Part shown: piece after piece, positions 41,296 to 52,158 of the stretch | How the letters are laid out: every line of letters begins with the position of its first letter | Numbering within the stretch: the first letter of the stretch is position 1 | NCBI GenBank assembly: GCA_963702885.1 | Contig: OY969766.1 | Span: 3,497,389 to 3,561,388, forward strand | DNA: 64,000 nucleotides | Reading direction: 5' to 3' | From: an uncultured Alphaproteobacteria bacterium | GTDB lineage: Bacteria > Pseudomonadota > Alphaproteobacteria > Rhizobiales > Xanthobacteraceae | Position numbers and translations under genes: made by a program | Notes under the pieces: generated by a model | Seen by the model: only the letters and a program-made list of their open reading frames with translations | Told to the model about the DNA's origin: nothing | The model's database searches: none

Positions 41296-42495
41296 TCACT
41301 TGGTGAGCGGGCATCCGCTCTCGGCAGCAGTCGGGAAAGCCTTGTCGCCCGGCACCACTGCAAGCTGCTTGTAGTAGTCCCAGGGCTTCTTGCTTTCTTC
41401 CGGCTTCTTGACCTCGAACAGATAGAGGTCATGCACCATGCGGCCGTTCGCCAGAACCTTGCCCTTGGCGAACGCATCGTCCACCGGCAGTTCCTTCAGC
41501 TTCTTGGAGACTGCATCGGCGTCCTTGGTGCCGGCGGCTTTCACCGCCTTCAGGTAGGACAGCGTCGCCGAGTAGGTACCGGCCTGAATCATGCTCGGCA
41601 TGCGGCCGGTGCGCTTGAAAAAGCGCTCGGAGAACGCGCGGGCCTTGTCGTCGTGATCCCAATAGAACCCTTCCGTCAGCACCAGACCCTGCGCCGCCTT
41701 CAGGCCGAGACCATGCACCTCGGAGATCGTCATCAGCAGGCCGGCCATCTTCTGGCCGCCGGCGACGATGCCGAATTCAGACGCCTGTTTGATGGCGTTG
41801 ATGGTGTCGAGACCCGCATTGGCGAGGCCGACCACCTTGGCCTTCGAGCTTTGTGCCTGCAGCAGGAAAGACGAGAAGTCCGACGTGTTCAGCGGATGAC
41901 GCACGGCGCCGAGCACCTTGCCGCCCTTCGCCTTGACGATTTCGCCAGTGTCCTTTTCCAGCGAATAACCGAACGCGTAGTCGGCAGTCAGGAAGAACCA
42001 GGTGTTACCGCCCGCTTCGGTCAGAGCACCACCGGTGCCGACGCCGAGCGCATGCGTGTCGAATGCCCAGTGGAAGCCATAGGGCGTGCAGGCATCGCCG
42101 GTGATGCGCGAGCTGGCCGCGCCGACGACGATGTCGATCTTCTTCGCCTGCTTCGTGAGATCCTGCACCGCGAGCGCGACCGAAGAGGTCGTCAGCTCGG
42201 TGATCATGTCGACGCCTTCAACGTCATACCAGCGCCGCGCGATGCTGACCGCGAGATCCGGCTTATTCTGGTGGTCGGCATCGACAATCTCGATCTTCTG
42301 GCCGAGCACGGAGCCGCCGAAATCCTCGATCGCCATCTTGGCGGCTTCAACCGAACTTTTCCCGCCGTAGTCGGCATAGACACCGGACTGATCGTTGAGA
42401 ATGCCGATCTTTACGCCCTGCGCATAGGAAGGCGCCGCGAACGCGACACCGCAAAGAAGCGCAGCCGCGACTGTAGAAGCATAGCGATATTTCAT
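41296..42495 (-). CDS. ABC transporter substrate-binding protein (Leu/Ile/Val-binding family)
   Basis: 399 aa with signal peptide MKYRYASTVAAALLCGVAFAAPSYA and type-I periplasmic binding fold motifs (KIGILNDQSGVYADYGG). Confidence 0.9.
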   Translation of the reverse strand: MKYRYASTVAAALLCGVAFAAPSYAQGVKIGILNDQSGVYADYGGKSSVEAAKMAIEDFGGSVLGQKIEIVDADHQNKPDLAVSIARRWYDVEGVDMITELTTSSVALAVQDLTKQAKKIDIVVGAASSRITGDACTPYGFHWAFDTHALGVGTGGALTEAGGNTWFFLTADYAFGYSLEKDTGEIVKAKGGKVLGAVRHPLNTSDFSSFLLQAQSSKAKVVGLANAGLDTINAIKQASEFGIVAGGQKMAGLLMTISEVHGLGLKAAQGLVLTEGFYWDHDDKARAFSERFFKRTGRMPSMIQAGTYSATLSYLKAVKAAGTKDADAVSKKLKELPVDDAFAKGKVLANGRMVHDLYLFEVKKPEESKKPWDYYKQLAVVPGDKAFPTAAESGCPLTK

Positions 42496-42612
42496 TATTC
42501 AACTCCCAGAGTTATTTATTTTGCAGCGCGAAAAGACTGATTAACCCCCGCTGTTCGATGAGCAGCGTATCAATTCTAAGCGGCGTTGCCAGCGTTGATA
42601 TTGTCCGAATGG

Positions 42613-43836
42613 CTAACGCTCCAGGAATTCCAACACGCCCTTTCCGGCCGCGACGCCGGTCGCAAAACAGGCCTGTAGCAGATAGCCGCCGGTCGGCGCC
42701 TCCCAGTCCATCATCTCGCCGGCCACGAACACGCCGGGGTGCCCTCGCAGCATGAACCGGTCGTCGATCTCGTCGAAGGAAAGTCCTCCGGCGGTCGAGA
42801 TGGCCCGGTCGATTGATGCCGGACCTGTTAACGTTACAGGGACGCCATTGATCAGGGTTGCCAGCGTCTCTGCGGACATCGCAGCCAGCGGTATGTCGGC
42901 GCGAACCGCCGCCTCCTGCAACAGTCCGCTACCGACCGGCGAAAGGCCCGCCGCCTTGCGCAGGAATGTCGAGAACGACTGCTTGCGCCTTGGGGATGAC
43001 AGCCGCGTGACAAGCTCGGCCGCAGACAAGTCCGGCCGTAAACCAATTCGCAGGATGGTCTCGCCACGTTCGGCAATGGCATCACGCAACAAGGCGGACA
43101 GCGCATAGATGCCGCCGCCCTCAAGCCCGATTCGCGTCACCACCGCCTCGCCGCGAACGCTCCGGTCGTCATGCCGGAGCAGGACGCCCTTCAGCGGCTG
43201 CCCCTCGAACCGGTTGCGGAAGACATCCGACCAGTCAACGCGGAAACCGCAATTGGCGGGCCTCAGCGGCTGAATGCTGACGCCTGCGTTCGCCAGCAGC
43301 GATGTCCATGTCCCGTCCGCGCCGAGCCGCGGCCAGCTTGCGCCGCCGAGCGCAAGCAACGTGGCGTCCGGCCGGCACGACCGCTCGCCCTCCGGAGTCT
43401 CGAAGCGCAACGCGCCGTCATGATCCCAACCAATCCAGTGATGCCGCAAGGCGACGCGGACGCCGAGACCATCCAGCCGTCGCAACCAGGCTCGCAGCAA
43501 CGGTGATGCCTTGAAGGCTTGCGGAAATACCCGCCCGCTCGACCCGATGAAAGTGGACTGCCCGAGCTTTTCGCTCCATGCCCGCAGCGCATCAGGCGGG
43601 AATGCCTCGATCACCGCGGGAAGACGTGGTGCAGCCGTCCCGTACCGCGTCAGGAACACATCCAGCGGTTCACTGTGTGTCAGGTTGAGACCACCGCGTC
43701 CGGCCATCAGGAATTTGCGCGCGACCGAGGGCATGCGGTCATAGACCGTCACCTGCAACCCGGCGCCCGCGATGATCTCCGCCGCCATCAGCCCGGCAGG
43801 CCCGGCGCCGATGATCGCGACCTGAGGCGCGCTCAC
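42613..43836 (-). CDS. HI0933/BaiN-like FAD-dependent flavoprotein
   Basis: The likely GTG start at 43834-43836 overlaps the upstream stop (GTGA). VAIIGAGPAGLMAAE is an FAD dinucleotide fold, and FLMAGRGGLNLTH is typical of the HI0933-like family. Confidence 0.8.
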   Translation of the reverse strand: MSAPQVAIIGAGPAGLMAAEIIAGAGLQVTVYDRMPSVARKFLMAGRGGLNLTHSEPLDVFLTRYGTAAPRLPAVIEAFPPDALRAWSEKLGQSTFIGSSGRVFPQAFKASPLLRAWLRRLDGLGVRVALRHHWIGWDHDGALRFETPEGERSCRPDATLLALGGASWPRLGADGTWTSLLANAGVSIQPLRPANCGFRVDWSDVFRNRFEGQPLKGVLLRHDDRSVRGEAVVTRIGLEGGGIYALSALLRDAIAERGETILRIGLRPDLSAAELVTRLSSPRRKQSFSTFLRKAAGLSPVGSGLLQEAAVRADIPLAAMSAETLATLINGVPVTLTGPASIDRAISTAGGLSFDEIDDRFMLRGHPGVFVAGEMMDWEAPTGGYLLQACFATGVAAGKGVLEFLER

Positions 43837-44765
43837 GCCTGGAGCGGCGGCAGTTTGATGCCGGCCCTCTTCGCAGCCTGTTCGACAAACCCCGCCATCT
43901 GGGCGAAAGCGTCGCGCGGCTGGCGCGCCTGCGCAAGATCGCTGATCTCGGGAAACCGCGCAGCAATCGCCTCTGGCGTCCACTCATCCTCCGGCAGATT
44001 AATCCCTACGCTCTCGACGATTCTGACAACCGAGAACGAACCTGCCCCCGCGCCCATGATGGTGCGGGTCGGCGCATCCTCGCTCAACAGATAAAGCACG
44101 GCGGGCGTGATCGCTTCCGGCTGCATCAGCGCAAGAATATCCCGCGGGATCAGCCCTTCGGTCATCCGCGTCGCGGCGTTCGGTGCGATGGCATTGACGC
44201 GGATGTCGGACTTGCGTCCCTCCTGCGCCAGCACATTCATCAGACCGATCACACCGGCTTTCGCCGCGCCATAATTGGCCTGCCCGAAATTGCCGTAGAG
44301 ACCGGAGCCGGATGTGGTCAGGACGATGCGGCCATAGCCGCGCTCCTGCATACCGCTCCACACCGCGCGACAGCAGTTAAAAGTACCAACCAGATGGACA
44401 GCCAACACCTTGGCAAAATCATCCGGCTCCATCTTGGCGAAGGACTTGTCGCGCAGGATACCGGCATTGGCGACCAGAAGATCGACGCAGCCCCATCGCG
44501 CGGCAGCCTGCGCCACCATGTCTTCCACCTGCCGGATATCGGAGACATCCGCGCCGCTGACCATCGCCTCGCCGCCCGCTGCGCGAATTTCCTCGGCGAC
44601 AACCTGCGCCGGATGCACCGAACCTCCGCTGCCATCGGTCGCAGCGCCGAGATCGTTGACGACGACGCGCGCACCGCGCTTCGCCAAGCCAAGCGCATGA
44701 GCGCGGCCAAGCCCCGCACCCGCGCCCGTCACAATGGCGACGCGGCCGTCAAACCGGATGGTCAT
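43833..44765 (-). CDS. MFE-2-type (3R)-hydroxyacyl-CoA dehydrogenase-like SDR
   Basis: ATG at 44763-44765 (GTG at 44786 is possible). FDGRVAIVTGAGAGLGRAHAL...VVVNDLG...NAGILRDKSF...YGNFGQANYGAAKAG closely parallels the dehydrogenase domain of peroxisomal multifunctional enzyme 2 as I recall it. Confidence 0.8.
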   Translation of the reverse strand: MTIRFDGRVAIVTGAGAGLGRAHALGLAKRGARVVVNDLGAATDGSGGSVHPAQVVAEEIRAAGGEAMVSGADVSDIRQVEDMVAQAAARWGCVDLLVANAGILRDKSFAKMEPDDFAKVLAVHLVGTFNCCRAVWSGMQERGYGRIVLTTSGSGLYGNFGQANYGAAKAGVIGLMNVLAQEGRKSDIRVNAIAPNAATRMTEGLIPRDILALMQPEAITPAVLYLLSEDAPTRTIMGAGAGSFSVVRIVESVGINLPEDEWTPEAIAARFPEISDLAQARQPRDAFAQMAGFVEQAAKRAGIKLPPLQA

Positions 44766-44792
44766 GGCGTGGTCCGCGCTTGTCACCGAATC

Positions 44793-46505
44793 TCAGCGTC
44801 CGCTTCGCAACTCCGGCAAATCTTCTTCCCGAAATTCGACGCCGCGTAAAGCGTCGCCGCGATTATCCTCCTGTTCGAGGCGACGGAGCTGGACGCGGCG
44901 AATCTTGCCCGAAATCGTCTTTGGCAGTTCCTTGACGAATTCGATCCGCCGAACGCGCTTGAACGGGGCTAGATGCTCCTGCACGTAACGGAAGACCGAC
45001 AGTGCGGTCTCGCGTGACGATGCCGTGCCCGGCGTCAGGGAAATGTACGCCTTGGGAATCGCCAGACGAATCACATCGGGCGCCGGTACCACCGCGGCCT
45101 CGGCTACAGCGTCATGCTCGAGCAGAACGCTTTCCAGCTCGAAGGGACTGATCCGGTAATCCGATGACTTGAACACATCGTCCGCGCGGCCGACAAACGT
45201 GAGATAGCCGTCATCGTCAAGGAAGGCGACATCGCCGGTGCGATAGACATCGCTGTCCGCGCCGGTCGGCTGGCCGCTCTCGTTCATATAACCAAGCATC
45301 AGGCCGGCGGGACGATCCGCGCCGAGCGCAAGGCCCACCTCGCCCTCCTTTGCCGGATTGCCGTCGGCATCGCTGACCCTCACCTTGTAGCCCGGCATCG
45401 GCCGGCCCATCGATCCCGGCTTCACCGGCTGACCCGGTGAATTGCCCGCGAGCGCGGTGGTCTCGGTCTGGCCATAGCCGTCGCGAATGGTCACGCCCCA
45501 GGCGCTCTTCACCTGTTCAATCACCTCCGGATTGAGCGGCTCGCCCGCGCCGCAGACCTCGCGCAGCGTCACCTTGTAGTCCGACAGTTTCTCTTGAATC
45601 AGAAGGCGCCAAACCGTCGGCGGCGCGCACATCGTGGTGACGCCACAGCGCACCATGGTCTCCATCAGCTTCTTGGCATCGAAGCGCGCCTGATTGGCGA
45701 TGAAGATGGTCGAGCCTGCATTCCATGGCGCGAAGAAGCAACTCCACGCGTGTTTCGCCCATCCCGGCGAAGAAATGTTGAGATGGACATCGCCCGGCTG
45801 CAAGCCGAGCCAGTACATGGTGGACAATGCGCCGACCGGATAGCTGCGATGGCTGTGCAGCACCAGTTTCGGCTTCGCCGTGGTGCCGGAGGTGAAATAC
45901 AGCAGCATCGAGTCGTGCGCGCCGGTTGGTCCGTCCGGCGTGAAGTTTTCTGGAAATCCGACACTATCGTCATACGAACGCCACCCCGGAACGGCACCTG
46001 CCCCGCCAACCACAATCTTGGCAAGATCGCCGCCAAGGTGGTCGAATTTTGAAACCTGGTCGTGCGCCGCCACCACGACTTTCGGCTTGCCGCGCTCCAG
46101 CCTGTCGCGCAATTCATCGGGCGTCAGCAGCGTCGTCGCCGGGATGATGACCACGCCAAGCTTGATCGCCGCCAGCATCGTCTCCCACAGCGGCACCACA
46201 TTGCCGAGCAGCAGCAAAAGACGGTCGCCGCGCTTGAGGCCGAGACTGCGTAGAAAATTCGCGGTCTGGTTGGAGCGCCGCGACATCTCGCCAAATGTCA
46301 GCTTGGTGTCGGTGCCGGTGGCCACATCGACGATCCACAACGCGGCGCGGTCCCTGCTCTCCGGATTGTTGGCAAGCCCGGCGTCGAACCAGTCCAGCGC
46401 CCAGTTGAAAGGCGCGGCATCCGGCCAGCGAAACTGCGCGACAGCCGTATCGTAGTCGGTCCTGTGCTTGAGAAGAAACGCCCGAGCATCCTGGAATGTG
46501 GTCAT
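44793..46505 (-). CDS. AMP-forming acyl-CoA synthetase
   Basis: 570 aa with AMP-binding motifs LYFTSGTTAKPK, YGQTE and TGD, and the C-terminal ISGKIRR. Confidence 0.9.
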   Translation of the reverse strand: MTTFQDARAFLLKHRTDYDTAVAQFRWPDAAPFNWALDWFDAGLANNPESRDRAALWIVDVATGTDTKLTFGEMSRRSNQTANFLRSLGLKRGDRLLLLLGNVVPLWETMLAAIKLGVVIIPATTLLTPDELRDRLERGKPKVVVAAHDQVSKFDHLGGDLAKIVVGGAGAVPGWRSYDDSVGFPENFTPDGPTGAHDSMLLYFTSGTTAKPKLVLHSHRSYPVGALSTMYWLGLQPGDVHLNISSPGWAKHAWSCFFAPWNAGSTIFIANQARFDAKKLMETMVRCGVTTMCAPPTVWRLLIQEKLSDYKVTLREVCGAGEPLNPEVIEQVKSAWGVTIRDGYGQTETTALAGNSPGQPVKPGSMGRPMPGYKVRVSDADGNPAKEGEVGLALGADRPAGLMLGYMNESGQPTGADSDVYRTGDVAFLDDDGYLTFVGRADDVFKSSDYRISPFELESVLLEHDAVAEAAVVPAPDVIRLAIPKAYISLTPGTASSRETALSVFRYVQEHLAPFKRVRRIEFVKELPKTISGKIRRVQLRRLEQEDNRGDALRGVEFREEDLPELRSGR

Positions 46506-46517
46506 CGATTCACCTCG

Positions 46518-47405
46518 TCAAGTTCTCGCCGACGCGCGCAGATGACGGATGATACCGGAAAAATCGACGTCGCCATGCCCTTCTTTGGTGAAAGCCTCGT
46601 AGAGGCTCTCCGCATGCGCGCCGAGCGGCGTCGCAGCGCCCGCTGCCTTCGCTGCTTCCTGAGACAACCGCAAATCCTTGAGCATCAACGCCGCCGCAAA
46701 GCCCGGCTTGTAGTCGTTGTTCGCCGGTGACGCCGGCACCGGCCCCGGCACGGGACAATAGCTCGTCAGCGACCAGCACTGGCCGGACGAGGTCGAAGCG
46801 ACGTCGAACAGCGCCTGATGCGCAAGTCCAAGCTTTTCGGCCAGAGTGAATGCCTCGCCGACCGCGATCATCGAAATGCCGAGGATCATGTTGTTGCAGA
46901 TCTTCGCCGCCTGCCCGGCGCCGCCCTCGCCGCAATGCACGATCTTCTTGCCCATCGCCTCCAGGATCGGCTTGGCCGCAGCAAACGCCTTGGCATCGCC
47001 GCCCGTCATGAAGGTCAGCGTGGCGTTTTTCGCCCCGCCGGTGCCACCCGAGACCGGCGCATCGACCGACGGCAATCCCGCAGCACCGGCCAGCGCATGA
47101 GCCTTCCGCGCGCTTTCAACATCGATGGTCGAGCAATCGATAAAGAGCGTGCCCTTGGCGGCGGCCGGCACGATATCGCCCCACACCGCAAGCACATGCT
47201 TGCCGGCGGGAAGCATGGTGATGACGATGCTGGCGGCCTTGACTGCATCCGTTGCGGTCGGGGCCAATGTCACACCCGCGGCCTTCGCAGCCTCGCACGA
47301 TGCCGGAACAAGATCGAAGCCATGGACGTTATGACCAGCCTTGACGAGGTTGGCGGCCATCGGACCACCCATGTTACCCAGACCGATGAATGCGATATCT
47401 GCCAT
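46518..47405 (-). CDS. mmsB: 3-hydroxyisobutyrate dehydrogenase
   Basis: IAFIGLGNMGGPMAANL and DAPVSGG motifs, in a valine-catabolism gene context. Confidence 0.9.
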   Translation of the reverse strand: MADIAFIGLGNMGGPMAANLVKAGHNVHGFDLVPASCEAAKAAGVTLAPTATDAVKAASIVITMLPAGKHVLAVWGDIVPAAAKGTLFIDCSTIDVESARKAHALAGAAGLPSVDAPVSGGTGGAKNATLTFMTGGDAKAFAAAKPILEAMGKKIVHCGEGGAGQAAKICNNMILGISMIAVGEAFTLAEKLGLAHQALFDVASTSSGQCWSLTSYCPVPGPVPASPANNDYKPGFAAALMLKDLRLSQEAAKAAGAATPLGAHAESLYEAFTKEGHGDVDFSGIIRHLRASART

Positions 47406-47453
47406 TGCCGTTTCCTCAGCTTCGCCTGTTTTAAGTCTGTCGCGGTCAGCGCG

Positions 47454-48536
47454 TCATAATTTCAATTCGCCCTGTCCGCGTGGTTCAAGATAGTATTCGA
47501 TCATCTGCGGCGTCACGTCCTCGATCCGCGACGGCGACCATTTCGGATTACGATCCTTGTCGATGATGGCGGCGCGGATGCCTTCGACAAAATCCGCGCT
47601 GGCATAGACGCCGAGCGCGGCGCGATACTCTCGCACCAGACACTCTTCGAGAGAGCTGGAAGAGCGCCCCAGCCGCAGCATCTTCAGTGTCAGCTTGAGG
47701 CCGCGCGGTGACTTTTCGTTGATGGCGGCAAGCGTTTTGCGCGCGAATTCCGAACTGTCGCTTTCCAGCGCGGCCACAATCTCTTCGACTTTGTCATGGC
47801 CGAACGCATGATTGATCAGTTTGCGCTGTGCCGCGATCGGCGCGGCTTCGTCCTTCACCGAAACCTGTTCAACAGCACGCTTAACGTCCGCAGCGCCCGC
47901 TGCTGCTGGCAACCGCGTGACCGCCGCGCGCAAAGCGCGCCAATCGCCGGTCCGGACGAGAAAATCGGCAAAGCCGGTATAGACCGCCTCGGCCCCGTTC
48001 ATCATGCTGCCGGTGAGGCCGTAATAGGTACCGATCTCGCCCGGCGCCCGCGACAACAGCCAGGTGCCACCGACATCCGGAAAAAAGCCGAGACCGACTT
48101 CCGGCATCGCCAATCGAGTCCGATCAGTGACGATGCGATGACTGGCATGGCCGGCAAGGCCGATACCGCCCCCCATCACGAGACCATCCATATAGGCGAT
48201 GAACGGCTTCCTGAACGCGGCGATCCGCGCATCGAGCACGTATTCCTCGCGCCAGAACACCTCGCCGAAATCGCTGCCGGTCCGGGCGTTGTCATAGAGA
48301 CTGCGGATATCGCCGCCGGCACAGAGGCCGCGCTCGCCGGCGCCTTCCAGCAGGACCGTGGCAATCGCCGGGTCATTCTCAAAGGCATTCAGCGCGCGCG
48401 AAATGCCGCGCACCATGTCCAGCGTCACCGCATTGAGCGCGCTGGGTCGGTTGAGACGGATGATTCCGGCAGACCCATCGCGCTCGATGACGAGATCATG
48501 ACCCGCCTCATCGACCGCGACGCGCTGCACCGTCAT
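47454..48536 (-). CDS. enoyl-CoA hydratase/isomerase superfamily, 3-hydroxyisobutyryl-CoA hydrolase type
   Basis: 360 aa. [10 protein letters not shown] and [13 protein letters not shown] are crotonase-fold motifs, and the length and context fit HIBCH. The start overlaps the upstream stop (ATGA). Confidence 0.82.
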   Translation of the reverse strand: MTVQRVAVDEAGHDLVIERDGSAGIIRLNRPSALNAVTLDMVRGISRALNAFENDPAIATVLLEGAGERGLCAGGDIRSLYDNARTGSDFGEVFWREEYVLDARIAAFRKPFIAYMDGLVMGGGIGLAGHASHRIVTDRTRLAMPEVGLGFFPDVGGTWLLSRAPGEIGTYYGLTGSMMNGAEAVYTGFADFLVRTGDWRALRAAVTRLPAAAGAADVKRAVEQVSVKDEAAPIAAQRKLINHAFGHDKVEEIVAALESDSSEFARKTLAAINEKSPRGLKLTLKMLRLGRSSSSLEECLVREYRAALGVYASADFVEGIRAAIIDKDRNPKWSPSRIEDVTPQMIEYYLEPRGQGELKL

Positions 48537-49678
48537 CGCGCGCCCTCGATCAGCTTGCGCGCGATGATGAGACGCATGATCTCGTTGGTGCCTTCGAGGA
48601 TCTGATGCACCCGCAGATCACGCACAATCTTCTCGATGCCGTATTCGGCGAGATAGCCATAGCCGCCATGCAGTTGCAGCGCCCGGTTTGCAACGTCGAA
48701 ACCGACATCGGTGCCAAATCGCTTGGCCATGGCGCACAGCATGCCGGCATCCGGGTCCTTGCGGTCGAGCGCAGCGGCCGCGCGCCAGAGAAAGATGCGC
48801 GCTGCCTCGAGTTCGGTCGCCATATCGGCGAGACGAAACTGCAGCGCCTGAAACTGATCGAGCGATTTGCCGAACGCCTTGCGCTCTCTCATATAGGCGA
48901 GCGATTTATCCAGCGCCGATTGTGCTCCACCAAGCGAGCACGCCGCGATGTTGAGCCGCCCGCCGTCCAGTCCGGCCATCGCGATCTTGAACCCGATACC
49001 CTCTTCACCCAGCAGGTTGGCAACCGGAACGCGCGCATTCTCGAAAATCACGGCGCGGGTCGGCTGCGCGTTCCAGCCCATCTTGCGCTCCTCGGCGCCG
49101 AAGGACAGGCCGGGCGTGCCGGCCTCGACCACCAGAGTCGAAATTCCAGAGGCTCCCTCTCCGCCGGTGCGCACCATCACGACATAAAGGTCGCTCTGTC
49201 CCCCACCGGAGATGAATTGCTTCTGGCCGTTGAGAATATAGTGGTCGCCGTCCCGCACCGCGCGCGTGCTAAGCGCGGCCGCGTCCGAACCTGATCCCGG
49301 CTCGGTCAGGCAATAGCTCGCAATCAACTCCATGGTGCAGAGTCGTGGCAGCCATTTGCGGCGCTGCTCATCGCTGCCATAGGCATCGATCATCCACGCC
49401 GACATATTATGGATCGATAGGAAGGCCGAGACAGTCGGGCAGCCCTGCGCCAGTGCCTCGAAGATCAGCGCCGCATCGAACCGCGTCAGCCCAGAGCCGC
49501 CGACATCGTCGCGGATGTAAATCCCGCCGATGCCAAGCGCGGCAGCCTCGCGCATCACCTCGACGGGAAAATACTTCTCCTGATCCCATTTCAGGGCGTC
49601 AGGCGCGATCCGTTCAGCCGCAAACGACCGCGCCATGTCGCGGATGGCAAGCTGATCCTCGTTGAGAGCGAACTGCAT
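48533..49678 (-). CDS. acyl-CoA dehydrogenase (isobutyryl-CoA dehydrogenase type)
   Basis: 381 aa. Contains [12 protein letters not shown] and the C-terminal [11 protein letters not shown]. Confidence 0.9.
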   Translation of the reverse strand: MQFALNEDQLAIRDMARSFAAERIAPDALKWDQEKYFPVEVMREAAALGIGGIYIRDDVGGSGLTRFDAALIFEALAQGCPTVSAFLSIHNMSAWMIDAYGSDEQRRKWLPRLCTMELIASYCLTEPGSGSDAAALSTRAVRDGDHYILNGQKQFISGGGQSDLYVVMVRTGGEGASGISTLVVEAGTPGLSFGAEERKMGWNAQPTRAVIFENARVPVANLLGEEGIGFKIAMAGLDGGRLNIAACSLGGAQSALDKSLAYMRERKAFGKSLDQFQALQFRLADMATELEAARIFLWRAAAALDRKDPDAGMLCAMAKRFGTDVGFDVANRALQLHGGYGYLAEYGIEKIVRDLRVHQILEGTNEIMRLIIARKLIEGAR

Positions 49679-49703
49679 GCGCGCGCCCCGCCGATTGTCT
49701 GCC

Positions 49704-51197
49704 TCAGCTCGTCGGCATCGCGAAGTCGGCCCCTTCCTTGACGCCGGACGGCCAACGCGAGGTCACCGTCTTGGTCTTGGTGTAGAAGCGCACCGAGTTA
49801 GTGCCGTACTGGTTGAGGTCGCCGAAACCGGAACGCTTCCAGCCGCCGAATGAAAAGTAAGCCACCGGCACCGGGATCGGCACGTTGATGCCGACCATGC
49901 CGACATTGACCTTGGCGGCGAAATCGCGCGCGGAATCGCCGTCGCGGGTGAAGATTGCAACGCCGTTGCCGTATTCATGATCGGACGGCAGGCTGAGCGC
50001 CTCCTCGAAGCTATGCGCGCGCACCACCGACAGCACCGGGCCGAAGATCTCTTCCTTGTAGATCCGCATATCCTTGGTGACGTTGTCGAACAGACAGCCG
50101 CCCATGTAGAAGCCGTTCTCGTAGCCCTGCATCTTGAAGCCACGACCATCGACCGCCAGCGTCGCGCCTTCCTTCACGCCGATATCGACATAGTTGCGGA
50201 CGCGCTGCAGCGCTTCCTTGGTCACCAGCGGACCGTAGTCGGCATTCGGATCGATAGACGGGCCGATTTTCAGGCTCTCGACCCGCGGGATCAGCTTTTC
50301 CATCAGGCGATCGGCCGTGGTCTTGCCGACCGGAACCGCGACGGAAACCGCCATGCACCGCTCGCCGGCCGCACCGTAAGCTGCGCCCATCAGCGCATCG
50401 ACGGTCTGGTTCATGTCGGCATCGGGCATCACGATCAGATGGTTCTTCGCGCCACCAAAGCACTGGCAACGCTTGCCGGTCGCAGCCGAGCGTTCGTAGA
50501 TGTACTGCGCGATCGAGGATGAACCGACGAAGCCGACCGCAGAAATGTCACGGTCGTCGAGGATGGCGTCCACCGCCTCCTTGTCACCGTTGACGACATT
50601 GAGGATGCCCGGCGGCAGGCCGGCTTCGAGCATCAGCGCGGCAAGCTTCATCGGCACGCCGGGATCGCGCTCCGACGGCTTGAGGATGAAGGCGTTGCCG
50701 CAGGCAATCGCCGGCGCAAACTTCCACATCGGGATCATCGCCGGGAAGTTGAACGGCGTGATGCCGGCAACGACGCCGAGCGGCTGGCGGATCGAATAAA
50801 GATCGATGCCCGGACCTGCGCCCTCGGTGTACTCGCCCTTCATCAGATGCGGAATGCCAAGCGCAAACTCAACGACTTCAACGCCGCGCATGATATCGCC
50901 GCGCGCATCGGGAATGGTCTTGCCATGCTCGCGGGCGAGCAATTCGGCCATCTCCTCGTTGTCGCGCGCGACCAGTTCCAGGAATTTCATCAGGACGCGA
51001 ACACGGCGCTGCGGGTTGGTTGCAGCCCATGCCGGCTGCGCCGCCTTGGCGTTCTCGACCGCAGCGCGAACTTCATCCCTCGATGCAAGCGCGACTTTCG
51101 CCTGCACCTCGCCCGTCATCGGCTCGTAGACATCGGCGGTCCGGCCGGACGTACCCTTGACCTCTTTGCCGCCAATAAAATGCCCAATCGAACGCAT
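49704..51197 (-). CDS. mmsA: CoA-acylating methylmalonate-semialdehyde dehydrogenase
   Basis: 497 aa. Contains the catalytic-Cys context GERCMA and [11 protein letters not shown], typical of MmsA. Confidence 0.9.
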   Translation of the reverse strand: MRSIGHFIGGKEVKGTSGRTADVYEPMTGEVQAKVALASRDEVRAAVENAKAAQPAWAATNPQRRVRVLMKFLELVARDNEEMAELLAREHGKTIPDARGDIMRGVEVVEFALGIPHLMKGEYTEGAGPGIDLYSIRQPLGVVAGITPFNFPAMIPMWKFAPAIACGNAFILKPSERDPGVPMKLAALMLEAGLPPGILNVVNGDKEAVDAILDDRDISAVGFVGSSSIAQYIYERSAATGKRCQCFGGAKNHLIVMPDADMNQTVDALMGAAYGAAGERCMAVSVAVPVGKTTADRLMEKLIPRVESLKIGPSIDPNADYGPLVTKEALQRVRNYVDIGVKEGATLAVDGRGFKMQGYENGFYMGGCLFDNVTKDMRIYKEEIFGPVLSVVRAHSFEEALSLPSDHEYGNGVAIFTRDGDSARDFAAKVNVGMVGINVPIPVPVAYFSFGGWKRSGFGDLNQYGTNSVRFYTKTKTVTSRWPSGVKEGADFAMPTS

Positions 51198-51278
51198 GCG
51201 GAAATCCTCCCGAAGAGTTTATTTCCAGCATCATGCGACCGCGAACCCGGAATGGAAACGTGCAATCGCGCGCAAACG

Positions 51279-51296
51279 TTGTGCAGATACGCACAA
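51279..51296. promoter_or_regulatory. perfect inverted repeat TTGTGC-N6-GCACAA upstream of mmsA (candidate operator)
   Basis: The sequence ttgtgcagatacgcacaa lies in the 168-nt spacer between the TetR gene stop and the mmsA start. No binding evidence. Confidence 0.25.
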
Positions 51297-51365
51297 TTGT
51301 TCGTGTAGCGGCTGCACAGCGCGTCATTCTTCTACGAAAGTACTATGTCGCCAGCGGCGAAAGAC

Positions 51366-51986
51366 TCAACTGGCTTTGGCTGGTTTCCGCTTGCGCGCCT
51401 TCTTGGAACCCGCGCTGTTCGCAAGCGCCGCATTCCGCCCCGCTTCAAGAATAAGAGAAGACAGGTCGCCCTTCCCTGCTGCACGGGCCAGAAGCAGGCT
51501 GCCCACCATGGTTGCAATGGTTGCAGCGGCACGCACCCGTGCCGCACGATCCACCGCATGCGACTGCACATCCGCAATCAGCGCAATCGCCTCTCCCAGC
51601 CTGACGTCGAATGCTTTGCGCGTTTTCGCACTGCCGCGCGCAACCTCATGGCTGAGTGCGGGTAACATGCAACCGCCACCGATATCGTCGCGATGCCGTG
51701 TCGTCAGATAACCATTGACGACCGCGGCCAGTTCCTCGCCGGCCGGTGCCGCATCGGCGCGCTTTTTCCAGCGATCGCCAATGCTTTCCATCGCATGCAG
51801 AAACGCTTCATCGATCAGCGCCTCCCGCGATTTGAAATGCGCATAGAACCCGCCATGGGTCAGCCCGGTATCCTTCATCAGATCGGCAACCCCGATACAT
51901 GCAGCGCCCTTCTCCCGCAGGCGGACGGCGGCGTTCTGGACGATCCGCGCATGAGTCTCGGATTTGTGATCTTTCGAATAGCGCAT
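51366..51986 (-). CDS. TetR/AcrR family transcriptional regulator
   Basis: ATG at 51984-51986 gives MRYSKDHKSETHARIVQNAAVRLREKGAACIGVADLMKDTGLTHGGFYAHFKSREAL, a TetR HTH. The ORF-track start at 52202 is an over-extension. Confidence 0.85.
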   Translation of the reverse strand: MRYSKDHKSETHARIVQNAAVRLREKGAACIGVADLMKDTGLTHGGFYAHFKSREALIDEAFLHAMESIGDRWKKRADAAPAGEELAAVVNGYLTTRHRDDIGGGCMLPALSHEVARGSAKTRKAFDVRLGEAIALIADVQSHAVDRAARVRAAATIATMVGSLLLARAAGKGDLSSLILEAGRNAALANSAGSKKARKRKPAKAS

Positions 51987-52158
51987 GACTGCCAATGAAA
52001 TGTTGTACATCATACAATAGCACCAGCATGAACCGGCACAAGCCGACGCAGCTGAAATATTTAGCGAAGGGCTTTGCAATCGACCCGATAGATTATATGA
52101 TGCACATAATATCATAAGAGATGAAATTTTCTCAAACCGGCTTTTGGCTAAAGCACGC

